A stretch of DNA of 64,000 nucleotides from Octopus sinensis. Lineage: Eukaryota. The translations under genes were made by a program, and so were the position numbers. Location: NCBI RefSeq assembly GCF_006345805.1, contig NC_043000.1:134974001-135038000 (forward strand), read 5' to 3'. Of the stretch, positions 1-11,913 are shown piece after piece. Position 1 is the first letter of the stretch; the number at the start of each line of letters is the position of its first letter. The notes beneath the pieces are model-generated. The model had not been told where the DNA came from. It saw only the letters and a program-made list of their open reading frames with translations, and ran no database searches.

Positions 1-51
1 GTATCGTCTTCTAAATGTTTTACGTTCTTGTCCCAGTTTGTATTTTTCTAC

Positions 52-55
<4 letters not shown>
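1..55. repeat. End of interspersed repeat, same family as 13497-13890 and related to 25373-26772
   Basis: 1-45 is the reverse complement of aaatacaaactgggacaagaacgtaaaacatttagaagacgatac at about 13499-13543; abuts (TA)n. Confidence 0.7.
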
Positions 56-82
<27 letters not shown>

Positions 83-810
83 AAGTATATATAATATATA
101 TATATATATATAATATTATATATATACAATAACCCTCTAAAAGAAAGATAGATTAGAAAATAAAATAAAAACTAACCATGAAAATTCTAAAGTCATTTGT
201 TATAATTAACTTCATTATCGTAGTTCAAGGGGTCAAGCAGCAACAAATTAAAAGTCACTAAAGAAATTCAAATGTGTATAAGAGACAAAAATGTTGGAGT
301 TAATTATTTTACAGAGAAAAAATTGATTAATTGAAATTTATGGAGAATACTTAAATATAGTTAATTTTTAATTATTATTGATAATATTTTATTTGTAATT
401 AATTTTACGTGCAAGCTTATAGATTACTGTTAATAAATCATATTTAAGTGAGATGGTGATATCAGTGGTTGGAAGTAATCCAGCGTGAAGGAATTAGATA
501 ATAATTACTGAAGTGAGTGTTGTTTATTTTGTTTCGTTGTGAAATCTCGGCGGTTAACTTTAGCTGTAAGGTTTGTCTACTTTGAAGTATATTAGTTCGG
601 CTTTTTTACGGTTGTATGGGAGGTCATCAGGCAAAGAGTGCTTCCTAAGAAGCTCGCTGCGGACACATAGAATATTATTTTCTTCACTTTTCAGCATTAT
701 GTTATAATGTATTTATTTTTGCTGCTGTTATTTAGCAAGTGTTGTCTGAGAGAGACTATACGATATTCGAAGGCTGACTGCACTTACCTCTTGACTATAT
801 TTTCATCTCT

Positions 811-1268
811 TAGTTAGTTAGTTAATTTTTTGGCTCAAAAAGCAAAAAGCAAGGCCATGTAGGGGGACATGGAGTTATGTACAGGGTGGTGTTCATGTAA
901 AGAGTTCAGGCCACTTGTGGTCAAGGGAGACTTTGAACCGAGCGGTCGTCGGCATCTTCACTACCTCGTCTGGCAGCTTATTCCACGGATCCGCAACCCG
1001 GACGGAGAAAGCCCCTCTCCTTCGATTGAGATGAAATCGTCGCAGATAGAGCTTTTCGGAATGACTCCGCAGCCGACGCTCTGGAGCAGGAGTGAAGAAC
1101 AGCTCTTTCGAGAGGTTACACTTTCCGCTTATGATGTTGTGAGCAAGAATGAGATCACCACGTCGTCGTTTTTCTAGAGAATAAAGGTTGAGCGTCTTCA
1201 GCCTTTCTTCATAAGACAAATTCTTGAGACCAAGAACCATGCGGGTAGTCAGCTTCTTAGACGTTTCT
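811..1268 (-). mobile_element. CR1-group LINE 3' fragment (ORF2 C-terminus, 3'UTR and (TAAC)n tail)
   Basis: ORF 893..1240 has GLKNLSYEERLKTLNLYSLEKRR.RGDLI and FSVRVADPWNKLP, typical of the CR1/L2 ORF2 end; tagttagttagtta at 811-824 is a (TAAC)n tail on the minus strand. Confidence 0.9.
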
Positions 1269-1269
1269 A

Positions 1270-2690
1270 GTTGATGTTAGTGGCTTGCAGATTTTAAGAT
1301 CTGTGGAGTGTATTTCTTCTACAGACAAGTCAAGTATCTCAAATGTTGGAATCATCACTGGTACTGAAAATGCATTATAGGACATTGTCTTGTTTGTAAA
1401 AGGAGGTTTCAGACTGCTATATTTTTGCAAATATGGCTATTCTCGAATGACTCTGTCTTTATTCACAGCACTTCCATTTGATATTTTTGTATGCCTAGGT
1501 ACTTGTAGCATTCTTTGAGTGAGACAGAAGAGATAATGAGATTTTCTCCATTCAACAATCAATTTGGCCAAATTCCATTCTTATGTCAGTTGAAAATGTT
1601 ATTAATTCCAACAGCTTTTTTTGGCATAGTTAACATTTTTAGCATAAATAGTCTTCCGCAAAGAAATTATGGTTTACATTAATATCTCTATCAGTTGCTA
1701 ATCCTAGCATGTAGCCATTTGATTTTTGTAGCAGGAATGATAATGCCAAAATGAACAGAAGTACTGAAAGACTATCTCCTTGGAATTTTCCCTTTGAAAT
1801 ATTTATAATATTGGAGAGGATCGTTTCGCTCTCAGTTCTAAGTGCAAGAATTATTTCTCAAGTCTTTGTGAACCTTTCAATGGCAGCAATTAACGTAGCA
1901 TATACTTTTGCCAAATAGAAACACATCAGCAGCCATCAGTAGGGAATAGAATGTAATGCGTTCCTATAATCAAGACATACAGTTACAAGGCTACTTTGAC
2001 GTTTTTCACTTCAGACAGTGGGAAGCACTCCGTCGGTTACGACGATGAGTGTTCCGGTTGATCCGAATCAACGGAACAGCCTGCTCGTGAAATTAACGTG
2101 TAAGTGGCTGAGCGCTCCACAGACACGTGTACCCTTAACGTAGTTCGCGGGGATATTCAGCGTGACACAGAGAGTGACAAGGCCGGCCCCTTGAAATACA
2201 GGTACAACAGAAACAGGAAGTAAAAGTGAGAGAAAGTTGTGGTGAAAGAGTACAGCAGGGATCACCACCATCCCCTGACGGAGCCTCGTGGAGCTTTTTA
2301 GGTGTTTTCGCTCAATAAACACTCACAACGCCCGGTCTGGGAATCGAAACCGCGATCCTATGACCGCGAGTCTGCTGCCCTAACCACTGGGCCATTGCGC
2401 CTCCACCCACTTCAGACAGTACAGCTGTGTTCATCAAGACTTGTTCGGCGCACCCCACACACCTTTCTTCCCACCTGCCTATGATTTCCTGCCAAGTCGG
2501 TGATTTCATTCTTTGCTATATAGCAAGATAATATAGTATGTAATCTGACCGTCCATAGTGTTTTAGAAAATACATATTCGTGGTTTTCTGCAAAATGTCA
2601 GCCTATTGTACCAGTATCCAACTATTAGGTCCCTTTCAGGTACCTTTCCATTATGCAGTTTTCCTACAGTTATGGTGGAAGTTGTATGGC
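1270..2690 (-). pseudogene. Degenerate R4/Dong-clade LINE reverse transcriptase, interrupted by a SINE
   Basis: Minus-strand motifs GCAEQVLMNTAVLSEV, VCLDYRNALHSIP, FQGDSLSVLLFILAL, FSTDIRMEFG, YKYLGI, FSVPVMIPTF; many stops and frameshifts. Confidence 0.8.
2020..2407 (-). mobile_element. tRNA-derived SINE, family E, full length with 13-bp TSD
   Basis: A box TGGCCCAGTGG, B box GGTTTCGATTCC; TSD cacttcagacagt at 2007-2019 and 2408-2420; near-identical copy at 23884-24262. Confidence 0.9.
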
Positions 2691-3409
2691 GAAATTACCT
2701 GTGTACGCATACGCACGCGCGTGTGTGTTTGTGTGTATGTATATGTATGTATGCATATATATGCATGTGTGTATGTGTATATGTATGTCTCTTCTATATT
2801 TTTAGTTATTATAAATCTTCCACTGAGGAGGGAAGATTTTCTAACAAAGATACACGGCTACATCTTTTGGAAATTGAGAAAAGTCTTGCATATTTTTACT
2901 GTTCCACTCACAGATTGGACTTGTAATATACGAATTAGCCGATCAATTTCTCTTTATCCCAGTTTATCCAGATTCTCCTTTAAGCATTTATTAACAAAAC
3001 CTACTGTTCCAATTAATATTGGTATGTATATGAATTCATAGTCTGGGTGTAGAAGCTGGAGGTTTCGCAGCAGTTGTCCATAGATACCCTATTTTTTTTA
3101 TGCGTGTATGTATGTACGTATTTATGTATGTACGTAATGTTCTTTTGGAGAAAACGCATATGTTGTTTAGAGGGTAGGATTAGTACTGAGCAGTGCCTTA
3201 TGTGTTGCTAACTGACCGCAACCGAGAAATAATGCAAAATCCCATGGTGTACTGAAGGTCTGCATCAGGGTAGGTGGTAAGCTTTCTAAACACCTGCTTC
3301 AAGAGACGTCCGTCGTTGCCACATCAGTGCGAAAGAGTGTAGTTCCCTAGCAAGAGCGAGAAGCCACATCTGTTCTGCACATGATTAAGAGAACAATCAA
3401 ACGGCGATA

Positions 3410-3571
3410 AAATATTATGATCAAATTGATCGTACGTAGACAAGGGCATTACAGGACAAACAAATACAAAAACGTTATATGAGTTCGAATGAGCATTAAA
3501 AATTTACTTAAAAAATATTTTACGTGACGATTAATTTTTAGCTTTAATTATAACTTTTATTTAAAAAAAAA
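3410..3571 (+). mobile_element. Short A-tailed retro-insertion with 18-bp TSD
   Basis: aacaatcaaacggcgata at 3392-3409 and 3572-3589; A-run immediately before the second copy. Confidence 0.65.
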
Positions 3572-3896
3572 AACAATCAAACGGCGATATTTCTCGCAAT
3601 CGAGTTGCAGCCATTTACATTATCTCTGTAACAAATATACATACGTACATATACTATGTTATGTATTTATGCTTCGAGCCAATGTAACCCTTTAAAATGT
3701 ACCTGAGTGACTCAAGAACAATTTATAAAAGTGAGCTCGACAAAAAACCTGTGGACATTATTAGTTCGCGAATAATACATTTTTATAACTGTTCTGTTAA
3801 AGCTACAAAATAATTCCAAAATTTCCAGCTCTAAAAAATATACAAGTAATCAGAGAGCTATTTACAGATGCGTATATATATCTATATACATCTTTT

Positions 3897-4050
3897 CTTT
3901 TCTTTTATGTCTATTTCGGTCATTAGACTGCGGCCATGCTGGGGCACCGCCTTGAAGAACTTTTTAGTCGAATGAATTGACCTCAGTGCTTAATATTTTC
4001 CAAAGTTTCGCACATATTCTATCGTTCTCTTTTACAGAACCGCTAACGGT
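3897..4050 (-). mobile_element. SINE family A, 3' fragment
   Basis: gtcattagactgcggccatgctggggcaccgcc matches the 3' part of the family at 16291-16696. Confidence 0.7.
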
Positions 4051-4195
4051 TCTGTACCCTTTATGGCAAGAAACTCAGGGTAACCCTATAAACCAGTAAT
4101 TAATATAGACTGCTCTACGTCTTATAGTGAGCTTCTTCTCCGGATCTTTTTTGTTAATCTAAATAAACGATCTATATATATATATTATATATATA

Positions 4196-4248
<53 letters not shown>

Positions 4249-4443
4249 TGCAGCGTAGAAGGTGTTTGTAAGCCATTAAGAAACACACAAAAGCCGTTCG
4301 ATTCACTTCAACATTTAAGTTTAATTTGTCAAAATTTTTCGTCGTTATAAGACGGCGACCTGTTCACTGACAAAAATCCGTGCTGCATCACCAGCACACG
4401 ATCTCAGATCAAATCACTTGCTATGCAAGCACATCTCCGTAAT
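4249..4443. mobile_element. Non-autonomous PLE-type element, family H1; second inverted arm deleted; HHR motif on minus strand at 4325-4374
   Basis: Matches the left arm and 3' tail of 31270-31607 and 36146-36478; inserted in (TA)n. Confidence 0.75.
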
Positions 4444-4465
4444 ATATATATATATTATATTATAT

Positions 4466-4700
4466 AAATTAGAGATAAAACCACTATTAGGGTAATCAAA
4501 CAGTGAAAATCATAACCAATACATAGAAATAAAATTAATTAATAAAATTTTTCTATGTATTGGTTTATGATTTTCACTGTTTGATTTGCCTAATAGTGGT
4601 TTTATCTCTAATTTAATATAATATATATAATATTTATACTATAAAATTAGATTTAATCCTAAATCTAATTTTCCCTGTAAGTTTGGATTTACTCCCTAAT
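4466..4700. repeat. Inverted repeat with about 65-bp arms plus a one-sided extension (PLE inverted pLTR-like)
   Basis: aaattagagataaaaccactattagg...atacatagaaa versus tttctatgtattgg...cctaatagtggttttatctctaattt. Confidence 0.6.
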
Positions 4701-4890
4701 ATTATTATTATTATTATTAATATATATATATATATATATATTATATATACACATACATACACATACATACATACATACATACACACATACATACACACAC
4801 ACATACATACATACATCCATACATACACATACAATACACACACACACACAAATACATACATACATACATACATACATACATACATACAAC

Positions 4891-4920
<30 letters not shown>
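4700..4920. repeat. Compound microsatellite (ATT)n(TA)n(CATA)n
   Basis: Direct reading. Confidence 0.95.
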
Positions 4921-4922
<2 letters not shown>

Positions 4923-4924
4923 GT

Positions 4925-5166
4925 ACGAGATGTACTTGCATAGCAAATGACTTGATCTGAGATCGTGCGCTGAAACAAAAACAACTGCAGCGTGGAAGGT
5001 TTTTCAAAAGCCGTTAGATTCACTTCAACATTTAAATGTATTTTCACCGCTTTGAAACCGCGACCGTTTCGCTGCAGATGCAGCACGGAATTTTGTCAGT
5101 GAACATATTGCGGTTTCAAAGCAACGAAAATATTTTGACAAATTAAATTTAAATGTTGGAGTGAAT
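4925..5166. mobile_element. Family H1 element in opposite orientation, rearranged; HHR motif on plus strand at 5092-5142
   Basis: Reverse complement of the H1 tail (gagatgtacttgcatagcaa...) followed by tttgtcagtgaaca...gaaaatattttgacaaa. Confidence 0.75.
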
Positions 5167-5186
5167 TTTATATATATATACATACA

Positions 5187-5290
5187 TACGACGGATTTCT
5201 TTCTGCTTCCGTCTACCAAATCCACTCAGAAGGGTTTGGTCGACACAAGGCTATAGTAGAAGACATCTGCCTAATGTGCAACGCAACGCG
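5187..5290 (-). mobile_element. SINE family A, 5' fragment
   Basis: ttccgtctaccaaatccactca...ggctatagtagaagaca. Confidence 0.65.
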
Positions 5291-5321
5291 TGAAAATATA
5301 TGTACAATATAAGTGGTAACT

Positions 5322-5700
5322 AAGGTGGCGAGCTGGCAGAAACGTTAGCACGCCGGGCGAAATGCTTAGCAGTATTTCGTCTGCCGCTACGTTCTGAGTT
5401 CAAATTCCGCCGAGATCGACTTTGCCTTTCATCCTTTCGGGGTCGATTAAATAAGTACCAGTTACGCCCTGAGGTCGATATATTCGACTCAATCTCTGTG
5501 TTTAGCCCCTTGTGGGTAATAAAGAAATAGGTATTTCGTCTGCCGCTACGTTCTGAGTTCAATTTCCACCGATGTCGACTTTGTCTTTCATCCTTCCGGG
5601 TCGATAAATTAAGTACCAGTTACATACTGAGGTCGATATAATCGACTGCTCCCTCCCCCAAAAAATTTCGCGCCTTGTGCCAAGAGTAGAAAAGAATGTA
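5322..5700 (+). mobile_element. tRNA-derived SINE, family B (Nin/Deu-domain-like), with internal tandem duplication
   Basis: aaggtggcgagctggcagaaacgttagc head, B box gagttcaaattcc, gcctttcatcctttcggggtcgat..aagtaccag domain; body repeated from 5531. Confidence 0.85.
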
Positions 5701-5929
5701 AGTGCTAACTGAAAGTCAAACGGATGGCGATCTATCTAATCATTGTGTACTTTGCAACAAGGAAACTTTCTTGCATCGAGAGCAAGAACTGCTTTCTTGA
5801 ATACACTCATATATACCTACATGCATATATATATACTTACATATGTGCATAATGCACACATTTAGAAGCATGTACGCACAGCTGTCTGGTGTTTGCGTTC
5901 TGGCATGTGTTATCTCTCATTTACTAGCC

Positions 5930-5935
5930 ATTGTT

Positions 5936-5970
<35 letters not shown>

Positions 5971-6040
5971 AGTTTTTATTGACGTTGCTGTTTTAGTAGA
6001 TATAGTGGTTGTTATTATTACTGATGTACATATAGATAAT

Positions 6041-6086
<46 letters not shown>

Positions 6087-6087
6087 T

Positions 6088-6156
<69 letters not shown>

Positions 6157-6341
6157 AAGATATAACATATATAGGTATATATATATATATACATGTACAT
6201 ATATATATTTACAATACAGTTATACGAGTTTATACACACCCGCACATTCACACACACTCACAAAGAAGCACGCACATACATATGCATGTACGCACATGCA
6301 CGCACACGAGGATAAATATGTGTTTACTTGTGTGTGTGTGT

Positions 6342-6387
<46 letters not shown>

Positions 6388-6644
6388 GTGTGTGTGTGTG
6401 TAATGTGGGCTCCTTTCCTCTTTTTGTTCTGAAATCACTTACTTGTGGCGTGTTGTCAGAGTTAGAAAAACATGTCATGCTCGAAAAAAAAACCTTTGAC
6501 AAACGCCGACACTAGCAAAATTCATATTTTTTCTTCTTTTTCGACTCTTCTTGTTGTTAGTAATAACAAATATTAGACATGACAGGGAAACAAATATACT
6601 AGGTACACTAACATTTGTCAGTGTTTATATGTATATATACATAT

Positions 6645-6679
<35 letters not shown>

Positions 6680-6742
6680 GTATATATATTATATATATAT
6701 ATATATCATATATACATATATATATATATACATATATATTAA

Positions 6743-6804
<62 letters not shown>

Positions 6805-7030
6805 TATAGATATACATATATATATATATATATATATATTAATATACATATATATTATATATATAACATATATATCTACATATATAAATATATATATACA
6901 TATATATATATATATTACATTATATATATATATAGATACATACATACATATATATATGGTATATATATATATATACATTACATAGACATATATATATATA
7001 TATATAATATATAATGTATGTATATATATT

Positions 7031-7065
<35 letters not shown>

Positions 7066-7240
7066 ATATATATATTATAATATATATATGTAATATATAT
7101 ATATATATATATAATATGTATATATCTATATATATATATATATACATACATATATATATTATACATACATTATATATATATATATTATATTATAATATAT
7201 ATAATTATATAATATATATATATATATTCTTACACAACAT
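5930..7240. repeat. Microsatellite field: (GTA)n, (TAGA)n, (TG)n and a long degenerate (TA)n at about 6625-7230
   Basis: Direct reading. Confidence 0.95.
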
Positions 7241-7438
7241 ACACCCCACACCAATGCACACATAAATACACAGAGCTCGTATAGACCACACACACAAACA
7301 CTTTCATACATAGTCACGTACAGGAAATATATATATATTCAAGCAGAGATGATAATACAGAATAAATAAATAACAGATATTCGGTAGATATTGTATAGAA
7401 TATCAATAAGGCAACACCAGCAGAATGAGCAGTAACGG

Positions 7439-7439
7439 C

Positions 7440-7513
<74 letters not shown>

Positions 7514-7580
7514 TGGTGGTGGTGGTGTTGGTGTGGTGGTGTGGTGGTGGTGTGGTGGTGGTGGTGGTTGTAGCAGCAGC
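7439..7580. repeat. Compound trinucleotide repeat (AGT)n(GGC)n(GGT)n
   Basis: Direct reading. Confidence 0.95.
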
Positions 7581-7667
7581 ATTCGTAGTAATGTTTTTTA
7601 TGAATTTATTGTTGCTGTCTGAGTAGGACATATAAGTATATATGTCTGGGGAGTATATAAGTATGTA

Positions 7668-7753
<86 letters not shown>

Positions 7754-7786
7754 TTATATGCATGCATGTATGTATGTGCGTACATT

Positions 7787-7952
7787 ACGAAGGGGTGCTG
7801 AAAAGTTCCTAACGTTAAGGGTGTCGCGAAAGACCTCGTTGGAGACCCTACCATCCGCGTTCTTTTACAGGGCTTAGAAAAACTACGTGTTTATCTGTTG
7901 AATAAAAGTGTAATTAACAGATCCTCTTGTATTTTCTTTTACCCAAAGCCAC
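7787..7952. mobile_element. Tc1/mariner-type MITE remnant
   Basis: Begins ta|cgaaggggtgctgaaaagttcc, resembling a mariner TIR after TA; second TIR is not intact. Confidence 0.5.
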
Positions 7953-7959
7953 GTCCTTG

Positions 7960-8210
7960 TCAGCACAACCACTCCTCTCATACACACACACGCACACACG
8001 CGCACGCACATGACCACGTGTGTACCGTTGGCGATTTTTTTTCCTCTGTCTTCCCTTCTCTGGATCTTCCTTCTCCTATGTTTCCGACGAAGAGCTCCGC
8101 TCGAAACGTTAAACCTTCTTCTTTCCTTCTTTCCTGAGCGTCCAATAATACTATATTTGTTCCACGTCCTCGCGTTGTTGTGTAATTTTGTGCTTTCTGC
8201 TGGATTTACT
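7960..8210 (+). mobile_element. PLE pLTR-like repeat, family H2, with minimal HHR motif at 8080-8114
   Basis: gttt CCGACGA a gagc tcc gctc GAAA cg tt aaac; ends in (TA)n. Confidence 0.6.
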
Positions 8211-8224
8211 ATATATATATATGT

Positions 8225-8257
<33 letters not shown>

Positions 8258-8382
8258 CTATATATATATATATATACATATGTATACACAATACATACAT
8301 ATGTATATATGTATGTATTAGGTATATATGTATATATATGTATTCATATATTATATTAAACACACACACACACATATAAACA

Positions 8383-8426
<44 letters not shown>

Positions 8427-8449
8427 TATATATATATATATATATATAC

Positions 8450-9922
8450 CTAGCAGATATACCCGGCGTTGCCTGAATTAAAGAGAATAATGAAATTTTA
8501 AAACGCCGTCTAGATTACGTAGGTCTCAGCTGCTAGTACCTACATTAATAACTTTCTAACCCATGCCAGCATGGAACGTAGATGTTAAGTGAAATGTTAA
8601 AAGAAAATTTTCGACTCATATATCTATATAAATTAAATACACATAATTCAAAAATACGTTTTGTGTAGCTTATTTTGTAACTAAAAAACAGGTACAGATT
8701 ATAAACAACGAAAGGCCGATTTTGGTGATTCACTTCACAGAGGTAGTTGAGAGCCAATTCGATGATAAATCTGACCTTGGATCTTGAAAGTTTGCATGAA
8801 TCCTGGCTCAGTTAAATCTCTTGTCACTGCAAATGATGCCATCTGTGGTGCAGTGTTTTGGAAGTGCTTGGAATCTTGGCCAGTTGATGTCAATAGTTTC
8901 TTCACTGACTTTGAAGGTTGGGGGATTGCACTGAGTTTATCCTTCCCACCACTGCAGCTCAGTGCAGGTGTCTCTCCAGGCCACTTCCTTGCTTAACAAT
9001 GTATGCACTCAGTTGTCATTGCACCAATGGAAACTCTAGTATCATCTGCATAATGAACTGCTGGACCATAATTGAAAGCTGCTTCATAGAAACTGCTTCT
9101 CTGAGCTGTTGCAACTGTTTTTCGTTCTACAGTGGAGTTCCTATTCCTTGTTAGCCGTGCATATCTCTCTTCATCACTTTGGTATGCTCTGGCTTTTGTA
9201 GAGCACAGTCTGTTTATTTCTTGGTATGATTCTCTTTCTGCAGTTGTCTCTCTATCCCTGGACATTCTTTTGGCTGACCTTGACACTTTCCTTCTAGGCA
9301 TGATTATATACGTATACAGAAATACACGGGTGCAGAAGATAGTAAACAATGAAAATAACTGGGTAACTGAAATTATATTTCTTAAAACGACGGGCAGAAA
9401 GTAAATAAGAAATGTTTACGGAAAATAAAGAATTGTACGGGTTGAAGAGAAATTTGTCATTTAGTGAACCGCAGAGCCAGTATCGAAGGAACAAGAAAAA
9501 AGCTGTTAACAAGAGAAAAACACAAAATCGTTGCAAAAGTAACTAAGAAATTTTTCGGGAAATTAACTAAGTGTATGGATTTAAGTGAAATTTTAGAAGT
9601 TACTTCTGTCAGTAAATTATGAACTTACTTTTATCAGTAATTCTGTCAACAATAAAACACAAAATGTTGCAAAAGTAAATAAGGAATTTGTAGGCAACTT
9701 TAACGAAGTGTACGGAATTAAGTGAAATTTATGAAGATACATCTGTCAGTACATTATGTAAGAAATTACTTTCATAAATAATTGTGAACTTCTTTCTGTC
9801 AGTAATTTGTCGTTTGTAAATAGCGATTGAAAATTCACAGTGAAAACAACAGAGAGTGAGATATGGAGAGAGGGAGAGAAAGAGCTCGCTAGTTAGACAA
9901 ATAAGATAGATAGATAGATAGT

Positions 9923-9992
<70 letters not shown>

Positions 9993-10387
9993 TAGACAGA
10001 TAGACACAGGGAGATAAATATAGAGATAGAGATGGATATAGAGATATAGATAAAGAAATAGAGATACGCGTAAAAAACGAATACACACATTTCTATTTTA
10101 TACATTAGATGAGATTGGGATAATTTTTTGACCAATGGATGTAAAGGAGACAATAAATTTCTGAAGGTTCTTCGGCAAAGGGTTACCTCTCTTCTCTACG
10201 TAACCCAGGAACGGGCATTTTCTTCTCCAAGGGGTCCGTTACTCATTATGTGAAATATTTTAAGAGTTTAAAACCATCTCTGGAACATAAGTAATGTATG
10301 CTTCCTGTTGAAGAAAATCAGTTGAAAAATACGGCCATTATAATCTTTGAAACCACACACACACACACAGAACGGGATTTATATTAC
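8450..10387 (-). mobile_element. Internally deleted Helitron carrying a RepHel N-terminal pseudogene (about 8700-9300)
   Basis: Minus-strand AFNY...IGAMTTECIHC*ARKWPGETPALSCSGG and GFMQTFKIQGQIYHRIGS; 3' end ggcaacgccgggtatatctgCTAG; 5' end has a (TG)n tract typical of non-autonomous Helitrons. Confidence 0.8.
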
Positions 10388-10397
10388 ACACACACAC

Positions 10398-10732
10398 AAA
10401 TGAGAGAATGGAGCTAGTAAGATCCGGGCTATATACGTTTCCTAGCTAGCAGAACCTCGAAATAATAATTACTCAACGAGGGGTACTCCACTAGCTACTC
10501 ATCAGACCTGAAGGTTATATTGTCTTCAAGAGATCCCGAGTTATCCCTGAGTTAACTTGCAAGTTAATTTGGGATCCCTTGATGACAATGTAACCTTCAT
10601 TTAACTAAGGTATCTTCGGTCTGATGAGTAGTAGCTAATGGAGTACTCCTGGATGAGTAATGATTACTTGCGAGGTTCTGCTGGCTAGGAAGCATTTTTA
10701 CTCCAGATTACCTACTCCATTCCCTCACTTTG
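10398..10732. repeat. Imperfect palindrome of about 330 bp with an HHR-like core in each arm (family H3)
   Basis: cctagctagcagaacctcg...tactcatcagacc versus ggtctgatgagta...cgaggttctgctggctagg; centre ttaacttgcaagttaa. Confidence 0.75.
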
Positions 10733-10966
10733 GACTTTTTTATTTGCATTCATAGCAACCCTAGATGCTAACCGTGAACTATAAACTGATTTTTTCACCT
10801 TATTGAAATTCGATATGGGAATAAAAACCTACAACCTTCTACGCCAATAACTTAATATTGTTCCTGAAAGTTGATTTTATACCTATTACAGACTGCTCGA
10901 AGCTTACCAACTTCCAACCCCTAGATCCTTGGATCTTGAAATTACTATTTATATATATAGGCGATC

Positions 10967-11005
<39 letters not shown>

Positions 11006-11007
<2 letters not shown>

Positions 11008-11756
11008 CAACCAATTGAGGGTAAAATTAATTAATTATTAATCAATTTCACCAAGTATTCAGTATGTAAAGGGACCATTTAAGGCGAATTCAATTATTAC
11101 ATTATATAAAGGGCTTAGTAAAATAAATTACTTTGACCACATACTGAACTCATTAGAAATAGTAGCTAAAAAACTTTTTTAAACTATTTCTAATACTTAA
11201 AGAAAATCTCTCTCATATAGTGTTTGCTCAATTCAACTCACGAAAGTATGGGGGTAAAGACATTAAAAAATCAAATGCAAAGGTTATTTGAGAACGTACG
11301 TTTCAAGATTAGTCAACTCGACATTTCTATCATCAGCTCAGAACTCCTTGGTTTGGATTTGAAAACACTGAAAGTGGGAGCATACCCTTTCGGCTTCTTA
11401 TCGCTTCTGAAGATCTGCTCGAAACTAACAGTGCCAGCAAACCCAAAAATATGCAAGCGAAGAATTTCTGCTCTCCCTTTCCACCAGCGTGGGTTAAAAT
11501 CAGTAAACACTATGCTTTTTCGGTTAAAATCCGGAGCATTAATAGAGAGAGATGAATTATAATTTCAACAATTGAGGGTAAAAATTAATAATTATTAATC
11601 AATTCACCAAGTATTCAGTATGTAAAGGGACCATTAAGGCGAATTCAAATTATTACATTATATAAAGGGGCTTAGTAAAATAAATACTTTTGCCACATAC
11701 TGAACTCATTAGAAATAGTAGCTAAAAAAACTTTTTTAAAATATTTCTAATACTTA
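11006..11756 (-). mobile_element. Partial-tandem PLE-type element, family H4: about 190-bp direct repeats, HHR at 11289-11340
   Basis: 11006-11198 repeated at 11563-11756; minus strand tgag CTGATGA ... GAAA cgtacg tt ctca; both flanks (TA)n. Confidence 0.75.
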
Positions 11757-11803
11757 TATATATATAATAAAATATATATATATCTATATATTATATATAT
11801 ATA

Positions 11804-11863
<60 letters not shown>

Positions 11864-11913
11864 ATATATATAATATATATTATATATATATATTATATAT
11901 ATATATATATATA

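Noticed and set aside
525-635. Minus-strand CTGATGA ... GAAA
   Set aside because: About 90-nt spacer without a closing stem II; no stem I
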